DNA from: a virus
Strand: one strand, 5' to 3'
Virus record (IMG/VR): IMGVR_UViG_3300043539_002606
Span: 19,607-83,606 of that record
Length of the DNA: 64,000 nt
Positions 19,487 through 28,729 of the stretch are shown here, piece after piece. Numbering within the stretch: position 1 is the first letter of the stretch; each line of letters begins with the position of its first letter. The position numbers and the translations under genes are program-made. The notes beneath the pieces are model-generated. The model saw nothing but the letters and a program-made list of their open reading frames with translations. It searched no databases and was not told the origin of the DNA.

Positions 19487-19654
19487 ATGAAACGTATATC
19501 TATCAATGACAATTACAAACAGCTATTCTGGAAACTTGGTTGCGGAACAGTTGAATATATCGAAATCTATAATGAAGATGGAGATAAACTATATTTTAGA
19601 GCCGGCTCAGGTCGGTTTCATATGTTAAGGGGGGAGCTAGCTGATTATCAATAA
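19487..19654 (+). CDS. Small hypothetical protein (55 aa), opposite strand to its neighbours
   Basis: MKRISINDNYKQLFWKLGCG...RGELADYQ fills the intergenic gap and is followed by a terminator-like hairpin. Confidence 0.55.
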   Translation: MKRISINDNYKQLFWKLGCGTVEYIEIYNEDGDKLYFRAGSGRFHMLRGELADYQ

Positions 19655-19670
19655 GCTAGCTCAATTTTTT
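19634..19670 (+). terminator. Intrinsic terminator at the convergent gene junction
   Basis: GAGCTAGCT-N11-AGCTAGCTC followed by AATTTTTTTT. Confidence 0.6.
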
Positions 19671-20016
19671 TCCAGGCACGGCCGCCATTCTCTGCAAAAT
19701 CAGCTGGCACAACATAGTCAAGATCATAGAGAATAGTTTCAAGAATAACTGGCACAATCTGATAAAATTCAAGTGCTGGTGCGGCTCCTAATCCTGCAGT
19801 TGCATTCATAATGCCTATAACTGCATTTGTTGGAAACTCAGTACTAACAATAGTACTTACACCGGCTGTAGTTGTAATTGACAGGAAAAAAACAATTGGA
19901 TATGCAAGCGGACTATAGTCAACTGTATATGCACCCAATTGATTTAATGCAGCACGCGACTCGTTGTATGTCGCGGCTGTCAGCAATGTATCGACGTTTT
20001 GTGTAACTTTTGGCAT
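19648..20016 (-). CDS. Hypothetical late protein (122 aa)
   Basis: ORF preceded by CATAAATA-N5-ATG. Confidence 0.7.
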   Translation of the reverse strand: MPKVTQNVDTLLTAATYNESRAALNQLGAYTVDYSPLAYPIVFFLSITTTAGVSTIVSTEFPTNAVIGIMNATAGLGAAPALEFYQIVPVILETILYDLDYVVPADFAENGGRAWKKIELAY

Positions 20017-20024
20017 AAACCTAT

Positions 20025-20465
20025 TTATGCTGTTATATCGCTGGTCTCTTCAGTAATAATTTCAGGCTCTGGAGTTATAACCTCTTCAATCACTTGTGGC
20101 TCAACAATAATTTCAGGCTCTGGAGTTATAACCTCTTTTACGATTAAAGAAACAACTCCATCAACAATTTCAAACTCTCGACCTGCAACAGCAATTGCTG
20201 TGACTCCTTCGCTATTTGCTCTGCTCTTAATTTCATTTAATGCTGTAGCACTATATTCATGATTAGTGAATAACGACAAGAGTTGATTGTTGTCATATAG
20301 CTTTTGTAGAACCGCTGTCAATCTATCGTCAGGTAGACTCCAAAAAACTCGGTGAGAGTTATTGAGAGAATCTATAGCAGCATTAACAGCATTCAAAAAT
20401 GTTGTTGCTGATGCTTCTATACTGGCGATGTCAATATCTATTTGTTGTTTTGTTATTAAGTTCAT
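20025..20465 (-). CDS. Hypothetical protein, possible tail-fibre assembly partner
   Basis: Follows the 892-aa fibre gene; C-terminal duplicated EVITPEPEII. Confidence 0.65.
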   Translation of the reverse strand: MNLITKQQIDIDIASIEASATTFLNAVNAAIDSLNNSHRVFWSLPDDRLTAVLQKLYDNNQLLSLFTNHEYSATALNEIKSRANSEGVTAIAVAGREFEIVDGVVSLIVKEVITPEPEIIVEPQVIEEVITPEPEIITEETSDITA

Positions 20466-20468
20466 ATT

Positions 20469-23147
20469 TTAAAATCTTAGTGAGTTCCAATTTGATGGGG
20501 CTGATGAAGTTCCTGTTACTTTATAATGTAGGTAATCTATGAAAAGTTGAGATCTATTAGGAGCAGTATAAACGAAATGTCCACTTTGCAGACCAATCTC
20601 ATTACTAGCACCAGTGGTATGTAAACCATTTCTGTTTGTCCATGTGCTAACAACGGGGTGCGTAGCTACATTATAACTAGCTTGAAATAGGACTACATTA
20701 TCCCTAGAGATAATGATTGTTATAGTAGGTCCAACCGCACGATCAATCTTATATGTTATGTTCACCCATTTAAATAACAGGTCAGTGAAATTAACTCCAG
20801 TGTTTAAGAAGTCAACATTTGCTGATGTAGTTGTAAATGTAAATGGAGTTACAACGCCAGATTTATGAACTCCAAGAACTAAATTAGTGGGGTGTAGATA
20901 AGGATTAAATATCAAACCTCCTTGTAATGTAGTATCAGATCCTCCTGTTCCACCTTTTTGTATTGGTCCAACTTTCAAATATCCTTGAGTCGCAAAATCA
21001 TTACCAGTTATAAATACACGAGATGTAAATTCATCTACTCTATTTGTTAAGCCATATGGTATAGTTGTTCTGTTTATGCCAATGTAGAATGCTTGACTAT
21101 TTGCAGTTGGTCCTCTAACAAGAAAAACGCCTCGATGTGTATATAAATCATTACCTGTAAATCCAGGTGCATACACGTTACCTGAAACCCAAGTATCACC
21201 AAAAACTGGACTTGCTGCAAACGTTGTCGCACCAGAAGCAGCAGTTATTATAAGATCTTGGTTATATTGATCATCAAAATCTAAAAATTGCTCCCATGTA
21301 GTTTGAACAAATGTAGTGTCATCAATGATTCTTTTGTTTCGGCTAGTATATCGAGAGTCTGCCGATCCTTTTATAATTATATCAGATGTAGCGACAGCCA
21401 ATTGATTTGGCAATCTATTTGCAGTTCCATTTCCAACAATACTATCAGAGAATGTCTTTACTCCAGCTATTGTTTGATCTCCAGTTGAGTATGCCAAATT
21501 GCTTGCAGTTACATTTCCACTAGCAATTATATTACCAGAGACAGTTAGTTTTTCAGTTGGTGATGTTGTGCCTATACCTACATTACCTGCAAAATATCCA
21601 TTGCCTTGATAATCAATAGTGTGAATAAGAGAACCTCCAAGAGTGTATCTTGTAAAGAATTTAGAACCTGTGCCACCAGTTCCACCAGTAGCATCAATGT
21701 TAAACAGTGAATATCCACCTGTACCTGTATTATTTAATGCAACCGTGCCAAGTGTAAGTAGTTTATTCTCACCCCCTGAAGCAGTCCAAGTAGTGGGGTT
21801 ATATCTGACAAATGATGTATTGCCGAGAGAGGTTCCTGAGTCAATAATAGAAGCCCAATCAGTACCACCTCTTTCCAAATCAAAGTTCAACGCCACTGAA
21901 ATATTGGAAGATTTTAATCTTACTTTCCTTAATGCTCCTGTACCTCTACCAAAAGTTCCAACTTCAAATACGTTGTTAATCCAGTTTAGTCCACCGTATT
22001 CAACATTGTTCTCTTCATCTGTTGTGTTGTATAAGACGACCTGCGGAAACGTTGTACCAGTTGCAACTTCTCTTTTCGACATTCTAAACGAATTATACGG
22101 ATTTGCGAGTTTCAATGCTCCAGTGCTGTCTATTTCGATGTTTTTAGTTCCATCAGCAAATATATTACAAGCTGTTGTATTACCTACGAAGCGTGTTCTA
22201 TATTGTAAGTTAGAAGTAACAGTTGCAGTATTATCTACATACAAAGTGGTTGTATTGTCACTAACCGTTGCTAAAAAACCAGCCACAGCAGTTGAAGTTC
22301 CACGATAAATTTTCCTTGCTATTACTTTCGGATCACTTGATACAGGGAGTGTTACATTGACCTGTGCATTTGCGGCAGAAGCTACTGTTATATTTGCAGA
22401 ATCACCAAACTCCGTTTCGCCATCTGCTGTAACATAAGTTATATGATAGTAGTTTGTTCCAACTGGAACATTACCAGCAAGACCAGCTAGAGCTAGTGTA
22501 GGTGCTATAGGTTTTGTAACATAATCGAAATCAATACCTTGCTTTATTATACTTAATCTATTCTCTAGATCAACATTACTACTGATAACAAATTTAGCAC
22601 CTGATCCTACTGCACTAAGAATAGTACTACCTACGGAATTTGTTGTAGCGTTCCAGTAATTATTTGTATCATAACCAAATCTTACTTGCTCTGTTGTGGA
22701 GATTGTGTGAAGTTTAGCTGACGGTGTTGTTGTACCGATACCAACATTACCCGCAGCAAAATTATGAATCGTTGTTGAAGCGTTACCGTAATTGATCGTT
22801 GTGAAATATGTAGCAGCTCCTAGCGTTAATGAATTAGCTCCTTGAGTGAGAGATTGTTGGCTGTTCAAATATAAAATATAGCCGCCGCATAATATATTAC
22901 CACCAATCTTAGCTGCTCCCACTACATCTAGTGCGTAGCCAGCAGTTGGTGATGTTGTACCAATGCCTACACTATTATTGACACTATCAACAAACAATGT
23001 ATTTGTATCAACTGTTAAATTACCGCTTAAAGATAATGTATTATTAATCTGTGTCGGCACTGACAAAGTAAAGGAACCATCATTGTTGATGTTGGTTTGT
23101 GCAGCACTTGGTGCTAATACTTTTGATGTGATTTTAGTTCTTGCCAT
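20469..23147 (-). CDS. Tail fibre / receptor-binding protein
   Basis: Repeated GNVGIGTTSP motifs, GDQTIAGVKTF fibre repeat, T/G/N-rich, beta-rich C-terminal domain. Confidence 0.78.
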   Translation of the reverse strand: MARTKITSKVLAPSAAQTNINNDGSFTLSVPTQINNTLSLSGNLTVDTNTLFVDSVNNSVGIGTTSPTAGYALDVVGAAKIGGNILCGGYILYLNSQQSLTQGANSLTLGAATYFTTINYGNASTTIHNFAAGNVGIGTTTPSAKLHTISTTEQVRFGYDTNNYWNATTNSVGSTILSAVGSGAKFVISSNVDLENRLSIIKQGIDFDYVTKPIAPTLALAGLAGNVPVGTNYYHITYVTADGETEFGDSANITVASAANAQVNVTLPVSSDPKVIARKIYRGTSTAVAGFLATVSDNTTTLYVDNTATVTSNLQYRTRFVGNTTACNIFADGTKNIEIDSTGALKLANPYNSFRMSKREVATGTTFPQVVLYNTTDEENNVEYGGLNWINNVFEVGTFGRGTGALRKVRLKSSNISVALNFDLERGGTDWASIIDSGTSLGNTSFVRYNPTTWTASGGENKLLTLGTVALNNTGTGGYSLFNIDATGGTGGTGSKFFTRYTLGGSLIHTIDYQGNGYFAGNVGIGTTSPTEKLTVSGNIIASGNVTASNLAYSTGDQTIAGVKTFSDSIVGNGTANRLPNQLAVATSDIIIKGSADSRYTSRNKRIIDDTTFVQTTWEQFLDFDDQYNQDLIITAASGATTFAASPVFGDTWVSGNVYAPGFTGNDLYTHRGVFLVRGPTANSQAFYIGINRTTIPYGLTNRVDEFTSRVFITGNDFATQGYLKVGPIQKGGTGGSDTTLQGGLIFNPYLHPTNLVLGVHKSGVVTPFTFTTTSANVDFLNTGVNFTDLLFKWVNITYKIDRAVGPTITIIISRDNVVLFQASYNVATHPVVSTWTNRNGLHTTGASNEIGLQSGHFVYTAPNRSQLFIDYLHYKVTGTSSAPSNWNSLRF

Positions 23148-23186
23148 TGTGATTTTTTGTTTGTGACATTGTTATAAATTTAAATA

Positions 23187-25691
23187 TTAAACTCTGTAAG
23201 CCAATGAGCGTATATTATGAAATGCAAATCCAGAGCTGCCAGCTCCACCGCTATTGGTAATTTGAAAAGAACATACATGGTTATTAGTAGTTACTGAGCC
23301 AGTTGGTCCTCCAATTAGTGATGGTATGGTAGTAGAATTTAGGTAGCCACTAACTTGTCCATTATAATAAGACAACTTCCAGTCTGCTACAGTTGTCCAA
23401 GACGTGTATGCTAATTGACCGCCTTCAAATAAGTTGGTTCCATCGTGCGCCCAAAGACTTATTCCTGTAGGTGTTGCTTTAAAACCGAATCCTTTTTTAT
23501 TTGGAAGCGTTACTGGTATGGCTTTATTAAATGTCTCTCCTATTACAAACCAAAACACTGACGCGCTATTACCAAATGTAATACGGCTCATTATCATTTC
23601 CAACATAAATACTTTGTTATCGAATGAAAGTGCTGATACATCACCAGCAAGGATAAATGGACTAACTGGTTGTTGTGCGCTAGTCCAGTTATATATTTGG
23701 TCGGCTGTTGAATTATTAAAACCTACACCATCATTTGTAGAATTTGCTACTTGCCAAGATTTCCATTTTGGACCAAATCCTAAAAAGGATTCGTCATACA
23801 ATCCTTTTGTCATTACATGAGAATCTCCTAACGCGCTTAAAGCTGGTTGTCCTACAACTGTCAATTCGCCAGAAACTTCAATGTTATTATCTAACTTAGC
23901 ACTCGTTACGCTGCCATCACTTGGTACAACCTGTCCTACTTGCACAGTATTGACTGGCGATATTACCACTGCTTTTGCTCCAGATTCGAGAGGCGATGTG
24001 AATATTATATTTCCACCGCTAACACTATAGTCAGCACCTGGCTCTTGCAATGCACCATCAATAGCAACAATTAATGCACTTGGATTAGTTAGTCCGCTTG
24101 CACCACTAATAGCATATACACTAGTTGAGCCATTGCCAGTAACTGTTGTGCGAACAGGATCAACGTAAGGAGCCGGTGGACCTTCAGGACCAACATCACC
24201 TTTTTCAGATGTTAATGTAACAGCAACAAACTTTAAGAATTCAACCTTGATACTAGCAGTGCTATCTTTGTTTTGAACAATAAAAAATATTCTATCACCT
24301 GGATTTAGATCAAGAACTGTTTGAACAGCAGCAGCTGATGGTTTAGTCTGACTTACAGCGTTGGCATATATCTCACTTTCACTAATACGATTGAGATTTG
24401 GATCTAACGCTGATCCAGGAACTGTATTTTTACCTATGTAAAATCCACATGTATCATTTGAGCCTGAGTAAAAGTTGAAACTAGCAACCACATGAAAACG
24501 CCCACCGTCACCTGTATATTTCAATGAATTGGTAGTTGCATCCTTCTCAAAATTGAATAATAAACCAGTCTCCATTGTACCTGCTACAACTGCCCTACCA
24601 TTTATGCTTGGTATAGTTGTTGCTGTAGCATTATTTTTTAAGTAGATTACACCAACATCATGATTACCTGCAACACCTGATCCAGGCAAGCCTTGATCGC
24701 CTGTATCGCCCTTCTCACCCTGAATTCCTTGTATGCCTTGTATGCCTTGTATGCCTTGATCACCAGTATCACCTTTGTCACCTTTTAAACCCTGTATGCC
24801 TTGAATGCCTTGATCTCCCGTATCACCTTTGTCACCTTTTAAACCCTGTATGCCTTGATCACCAGTATCACCCTTTAATCCTTGAATTCCTTGAATTCCT
24901 TGATCACCTTTTAAACCCTGTATGCCTTGTATGCCTTGATCACCAGTATCACCCTTTAATCCTTGAATTCCTTGATCACCTTTTGATGCAGCGAGAACCC
25001 AATCAACACCAGGATAACCTGGATAATACGAAGAATACACACCAGTTGCTGTATAATAAAGAGAGCCATTATAAGTGACGAGATCTCCAGCAGCATAGTC
25101 ATACCCATTGACCCACACGCCTCTAAAATTCCAAAGTGCATCTGCACCGTCTGCGCCATTAGAACCTTGTATGCCCTGATCACCCTTTAAACCTTGTATT
25201 CCTTGTATGCCCTGATCACCCTTTAAACCTTGTATGCCTTGTATGCCCTGTATACCCTGTATGCCTTGATCACCTTTATCACCCTTCTCGCCTTTATCTC
25301 CGCGTGGTATTGTAAAGTTTATGATTGCATCATGAATACTACCAGCATTTGTTATAACGACATTTGATCCAGCGGCACCTGTTGTTACAGTGCCAATACT
25401 TATAGTAGCTGCATCACCTGTATCTCCCTTTGGTCCTTGAGCTCCAACATCTCCACGAGGTATTGTAAAATCAAAAATAGCAACACTGCTTGTGCCTCTA
25501 TTGTTAACAATTACAAGACTGCCTGGTGCACCTGTTGTTACTGTGCCAACACTTATAGTAGCTGCAAGACCCTGAGGACCTTGTGTGCCAGTTTGAAATA
25601 TAGGCCCAACATAATTGCCAGCTTCATGCAATGCTGGTATAATCAAATTAGGATTATTGTTAATTATAACGGGTGGTAATATTTCAGACAT
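23187..25691 (-). CDS. Collagen-like fibre protein
   Basis: Long Gly-X-Y runs (GDQGIQGIQGLK)n, ATISVGTVTTG repeats, WRG.W...Y...DLV.YNGS module, C-terminal beta domain. Confidence 0.85.
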   Translation of the reverse strand: MSEILPPVIINNNPNLIIPALHEAGNYVGPIFQTGTQGPQGLAATISVGTVTTGAPGSLVIVNNRGTSSVAIFDFTIPRGDVGAQGPKGDTGDAATISIGTVTTGAAGSNVVITNAGSIHDAIINFTIPRGDKGEKGDKGDQGIQGIQGIQGIQGLKGDQGIQGIQGLKGDQGIQGSNGADGADALWNFRGVWVNGYDYAAGDLVTYNGSLYYTATGVYSSYYPGYPGVDWVLAASKGDQGIQGLKGDTGDQGIQGIQGLKGDQGIQGIQGLKGDTGDQGIQGLKGDKGDTGDQGIQGIQGLKGDKGDTGDQGIQGIQGIQGIQGEKGDTGDQGLPGSGVAGNHDVGVIYLKNNATATTIPSINGRAVVAGTMETGLLFNFEKDATTNSLKYTGDGGRFHVVASFNFYSGSNDTCGFYIGKNTVPGSALDPNLNRISESEIYANAVSQTKPSAAAVQTVLDLNPGDRIFFIVQNKDSTASIKVEFLKFVAVTLTSEKGDVGPEGPPAPYVDPVRTTVTGNGSTSVYAISGASGLTNPSALIVAIDGALQEPGADYSVSGGNIIFTSPLESGAKAVVISPVNTVQVGQVVPSDGSVTSAKLDNNIEVSGELTVVGQPALSALGDSHVMTKGLYDESFLGFGPKWKSWQVANSTNDGVGFNNSTADQIYNWTSAQQPVSPFILAGDVSALSFDNKVFMLEMIMSRITFGNSASVFWFVIGETFNKAIPVTLPNKKGFGFKATPTGISLWAHDGTNLFEGGQLAYTSWTTVADWKLSYYNGQVSGYLNSTTIPSLIGGPTGSVTTNNHVCSFQITNSGGAGSSGFAFHNIRSLAYRV
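24690..25300. repeat. 9-nt-period tandem repeats encoding the collagen helix
   Basis: Multiple TGTATGCCT / TGAATTCCT / TGATCACC units. Confidence 0.85.
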
Positions 25692-25695
25692 AATT

Positions 25696-26049
25696 TTAGT
25701 TTACAACTGGTGGTCTTGTCGCGCGCGGTGTGATTGTAACTTGTCCTTCAATAACACGTATAACATCATTGTCATTTGCGGTATAAACTTCAATGTCAAA
25801 TACATATCGTCCAGCTTTCATGCCTGAGGTCTGAGCTGGTGTTAGACTAATTCTTACGAGTCCATCTTCAGGATCGCCTTGCACCTGAACAAGAAAGTTA
25901 ACTGCAAGAGTAGCATTATAATTGCGACGAATCTGACCTCGACCAGAATAATTAGTCAGATCAAGCGGCAAATTATTTAATGTCAATACAGGCAGAGTTG
26001 CATTATATGCAGAGCCTTGATCAATAATAATATCTGTATAGAAAGCCAT
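25696..26049 (-). CDS. Small virion adaptor protein (IDQG...AGRYVFDIE family)
   Basis: IIIDQGSAY, LDLTNYSGRGQIRR, ISLTPAQT, GRYVFDIEV, RVIEGQVTITP; late promoter. Confidence 0.75.
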   Translation of the reverse strand: MAFYTDIIIDQGSAYNATLPVLTLNNLPLDLTNYSGRGQIRRNYNATLAVNFLVQVQGDPEDGLVRISLTPAQTSGMKAGRYVFDIEVYTANDNDVIRVIEGQVTITPRATRPPVVN

Positions 26050-26107
26050 GTTTCTATTTATAAGATATAAACTTCAACAGAACGTGAGCTGTTTATATCA
26101 ACATTAA

Positions 26108-26404
26108 TTATGCCCAGAAAATATTAGGCGTCGCATCGTCAGTTGGTCGCGGCTCATCTGATGTGCTTGTCCAATGAATATATTGTTCACTGCCTTCAGG
26201 AATCGGAATACCGACAAGATCGCGAAACAACACCCACCATTGACCATCACCGTTATGCTCGCCAATGACGCACAGTGCGTGTTCGTGAGATGCAAGGGTT
26301 GATTGAGGTTCACCATTCTCGTCGATTGTTGTAAAGCCGTTGTCAATACCAAATTGTACAGCTACTTCTTTGCTTGGAAATTTCAAGATGTAATCTATAG
26401 TCAC
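26108..26404 (-). CDS. Hypothetical protein coupled to the upstream fibre/spike gene
   Basis: 98 aa (IDYILKFPS...PNIFWA); start overlaps the upstream stop. Confidence 0.7.
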   Translation of the reverse strand: MTIDYILKFPSKEVAVQFGIDNGFTTIDENGEPQSTLASHEHALCVIGEHNGDGQWWVLFRDLVGIPIPEGSEQYIHWTSTSDEPRPTDDATPNIFWA

Positions 26405-27957
26405 GTTGTGAGTGATTGGAGCTTCGCGTTAGGGAGGCGTTTCTTAAAGTATTGGATTCGGGCGATGTGTCCGTTAAGGAACAACGAAGCCCCATTACCT
26501 CGGCTTCCAATGCTTAATGATGTGCTAATATCTCCTTGCAAGGGATCGGCTTGCACTGTCTTAGCTAAACTGCCATTAAGGCAAATCTGCTCGCCAGACG
26601 TTAATGCGATTTTATTCAGTTCAGTTAAAGAATATGCGGCGTTAGATGATGCGTCTAATCTGCTTGCTGCACCTCCGTGTCGGTAGATACATCTATTAAA
26701 TACTCCCCCAACCCCAGTAAAACTAATACTTTGCCAAGAAACTGAAGGACTTCCCTCCGTAATCATAGCACCACTAATACCCTGCCTAACAAAATAGCCT
26801 ATTACTATCGTGTCGTCTCCAGCGTTTGCCCAACCAGCAGTCGTCACACTACACACATCCGCGCTGCGGGTGAGTGCTGTGGTGGTTGTTGGAATGTAGC
26901 TGGTGGGGAAGGAGCCAGCTTCTAGTTGTGCAAATTGAACCGTTCCCGTAACTGTTAAAGTAAGAGTGCCTGCCGTTGGTGTAAATGTAAGTGTGGTTCT
27001 AGCGGGATACGCTCCCGTGCCAACAACAGTTGCTGTATGCACCCCAGACAAGACAACTGTTCCTGTTCCGTAGAACGAAAGAGTGCGAGCAGCGGCAGTT
27101 ACCGTTACGCTTTGAGTCGATAAGTTATCTGAGTTAAGCAGTGAGTTTTGCCTCGACTCCTCGATCAACAGCCCTTTGCAAGCAAGCGTCACAGGGTCGT
27201 GGTCAAAGCGTGGAGCATAGTAGGGATTTGTTAATGTTTGAAAATGTGGCCATGCAAATGTACCAGATGATAGTTGGCAGCTGCCGACGAGCAGACCGCG
27301 AATAGCAGTGATAGGACTTCCATAATAGTCAGTGTTTGTGAAGACCAACTTATGAGTAGTAGACGAGGGTGTTTCACCTGGCAGATAAGCAATTAGCTTA
27401 TACCATCCATTAGACTCTACTATCGAGCCAGTCGCACCTTCTGTCTGTGTTGCTACTGACCAAGTAGCTGTAGAGAAAGACACCCTTGCATTGTCTTTAT
27501 ATACTAAATGCAAATATGCAGGAAGAGTCACTCCAGGAGATGGCTTAACCCACCAGCTAAAAACACGTCTACGTGTATATGCATCAGCAAAGGAAGATGG
27601 AAGTTCTGTTCTTGCCTGTGATGAAATATTCGTCTCGACAACCATTAAGCAAGAACTTCCGCCGTCTGGATCTAATTCGTTGCTTGCATATTTGGTAGCA
27701 AATGCGCTCGTACGAGATGCGCCTCCACTATTCAAGAAAAGATTCTCAGGAGCATATTGAATCAATCCCGCTTCATTAACTCTAGTTGCGCTTGTTCCAC
27801 GGCTGAAAGTCGGGGTCGGGCCCTTTCTAGCTGTCAGCGTCTTATCAAGCGCAAAATCAAGATACAATGATAATTCATTGATATCAATATCATCATTTTT
27901 TTCTAATGAAAAAGCTTGAGGTCGATATAACGGCTGATATAGTGGCTGAGCGATCAT
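26401..27957 (-). CDS. Virion spike/fibre protein with lectin (LamG-like) domains
   Basis: TFSRGTSAT, PRFDHDPVT..KGLLIEESRQN, AQLEAGSFPTSYIPT...TRSAD, LNGHIARIQYF..RL. Confidence 0.75.
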   Translation of the reverse strand: MIAQPLYQPLYRPQAFSLEKNDDIDINELSLYLDFALDKTLTARKGPTPTFSRGTSATRVNEAGLIQYAPENLFLNSGGASRTSAFATKYASNELDPDGGSSCLMVVETNISSQARTELPSSFADAYTRRRVFSWWVKPSPGVTLPAYLHLVYKDNARVSFSTATWSVATQTEGATGSIVESNGWYKLIAYLPGETPSSTTHKLVFTNTDYYGSPITAIRGLLVGSCQLSSGTFAWPHFQTLTNPYYAPRFDHDPVTLACKGLLIEESRQNSLLNSDNLSTQSVTVTAAARTLSFYGTGTVVLSGVHTATVVGTGAYPARTTLTFTPTAGTLTLTVTGTVQFAQLEAGSFPTSYIPTTTTALTRSADVCSVTTAGWANAGDDTIVIGYFVRQGISGAMITEGSPSVSWQSISFTGVGGVFNRCIYRHGGAASRLDASSNAAYSLTELNKIALTSGEQICLNGSLAKTVQADPLQGDISTSLSIGSRGNGASLFLNGHIARIQYFKKRLPNAKLQSLTT

Positions 27958-28295
27958 CGATTATGAACAATAGCTGTTAGTTTAATAGCTGGAGTGGTTG
28001 TTGATCCAGTTACTCTAACAGCAAGCAATTTACTAGGTGGTGAAGTAACAATAGCACCGCCACTACTTGTTAGTGTAACATCTTCATTACTTGCATTTTT
28101 AAATGACACAAAGGTATCAAGACTATCAATAAATCCAAGAGTAACTGTATCACTACCAAAAGTTCCAGCAGCATAGAGCACATAATTTGTACCAGCAAAT
28201 GGAGCAACTAATGCATAGGTATTATTAGTCGCGATGCTTGTGATGCCAGTCGTTGGGTTATATTCGACGTAATTCGGTGATGTTGGTATTGCCAT
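27954..28295 (-). CDS. Hypothetical beta-rich late protein (113 aa)
   Basis: TATAAATA-N5-ATG; coupled to the spike gene. Confidence 0.72.
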   Translation of the reverse strand: MAIPTSPNYVEYNPTTGITSIATNNTYALVAPFAGTNYVLYAAGTFGSDTVTLGFIDSLDTFVSFKNASNEDVTLTSSGGAIVTSPPSKLLAVRVTGSTTTPAIKLTAIVHNR

Positions 28296-28316
28296 AATTC
28301 TATTTATATGATAATG

Positions 28317-28727
28317 TTATCTAAAGATGTCTTTAAACTGTTCTTCACTAATATCAAGAGCAGAGCATATCTCACTCATATTTTCTGCAATATAAGCATA
28401 GTCTGGAGATATTGTTGGGCTAGCATCATAACGCAACTTTTCTTCAAGAGGTAAGCTTTCAAGAATAGCTGAAAATGCTGTTGCAAGATTGCGTTCAATT
28501 AGTCGATCAACTAATTCTCGTTTTGTGAGAGAACGCAATTTCTTATCCTTTTGAATAAGAGTCGCGCCTAATTGTGATATTGCTGAATCTATATTGTCAG
28601 CACTAACAATATTATGTTTAATCCTATCTAACAAATTAGGGGGTATTTCTCTAATTAAAAATAGTTTATTTTCAATCGTAATATTCGCTGAAAATTTACT
28701 TGCTGAATGGTAAAAAAAATGTTTCAT
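28317..28727 (-). CDS. Hypothetical protein (136 aa), possible fibre chaperone
   Basis: Directly follows the 476-aa fibre gene. Confidence 0.6.
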   Translation of the reverse strand: MKHFFYHSASKFSANITIENKLFLIREIPPNLLDRIKHNIVSADNIDSAISQLGATLIQKDKKLRSLTKRELVDRLIERNLATAFSAILESLPLEEKLRYDASPTISPDYAYIAENMSEICSALDISEEQFKDIFR

Positions 28728-28729
28728 AT

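Noticed and set aside
20055-20137. 32-bp direct repeat with 51-nt period
   Set aside because: In-frame duplication of a low-complexity EVITPEPEII tail; no sign of a mobile or regulatory role.
21643-22308. 221-aa + strand ORF
   Set aside because: Antisense shadow of the fibre gene; no independent motifs or start signals.
24690-25300. Tandem repeats considered as a CRISPR array
   Set aside because: The period is a multiple of 9 nt, in frame with Gly-X-Y codons, and there are no unique spacers.
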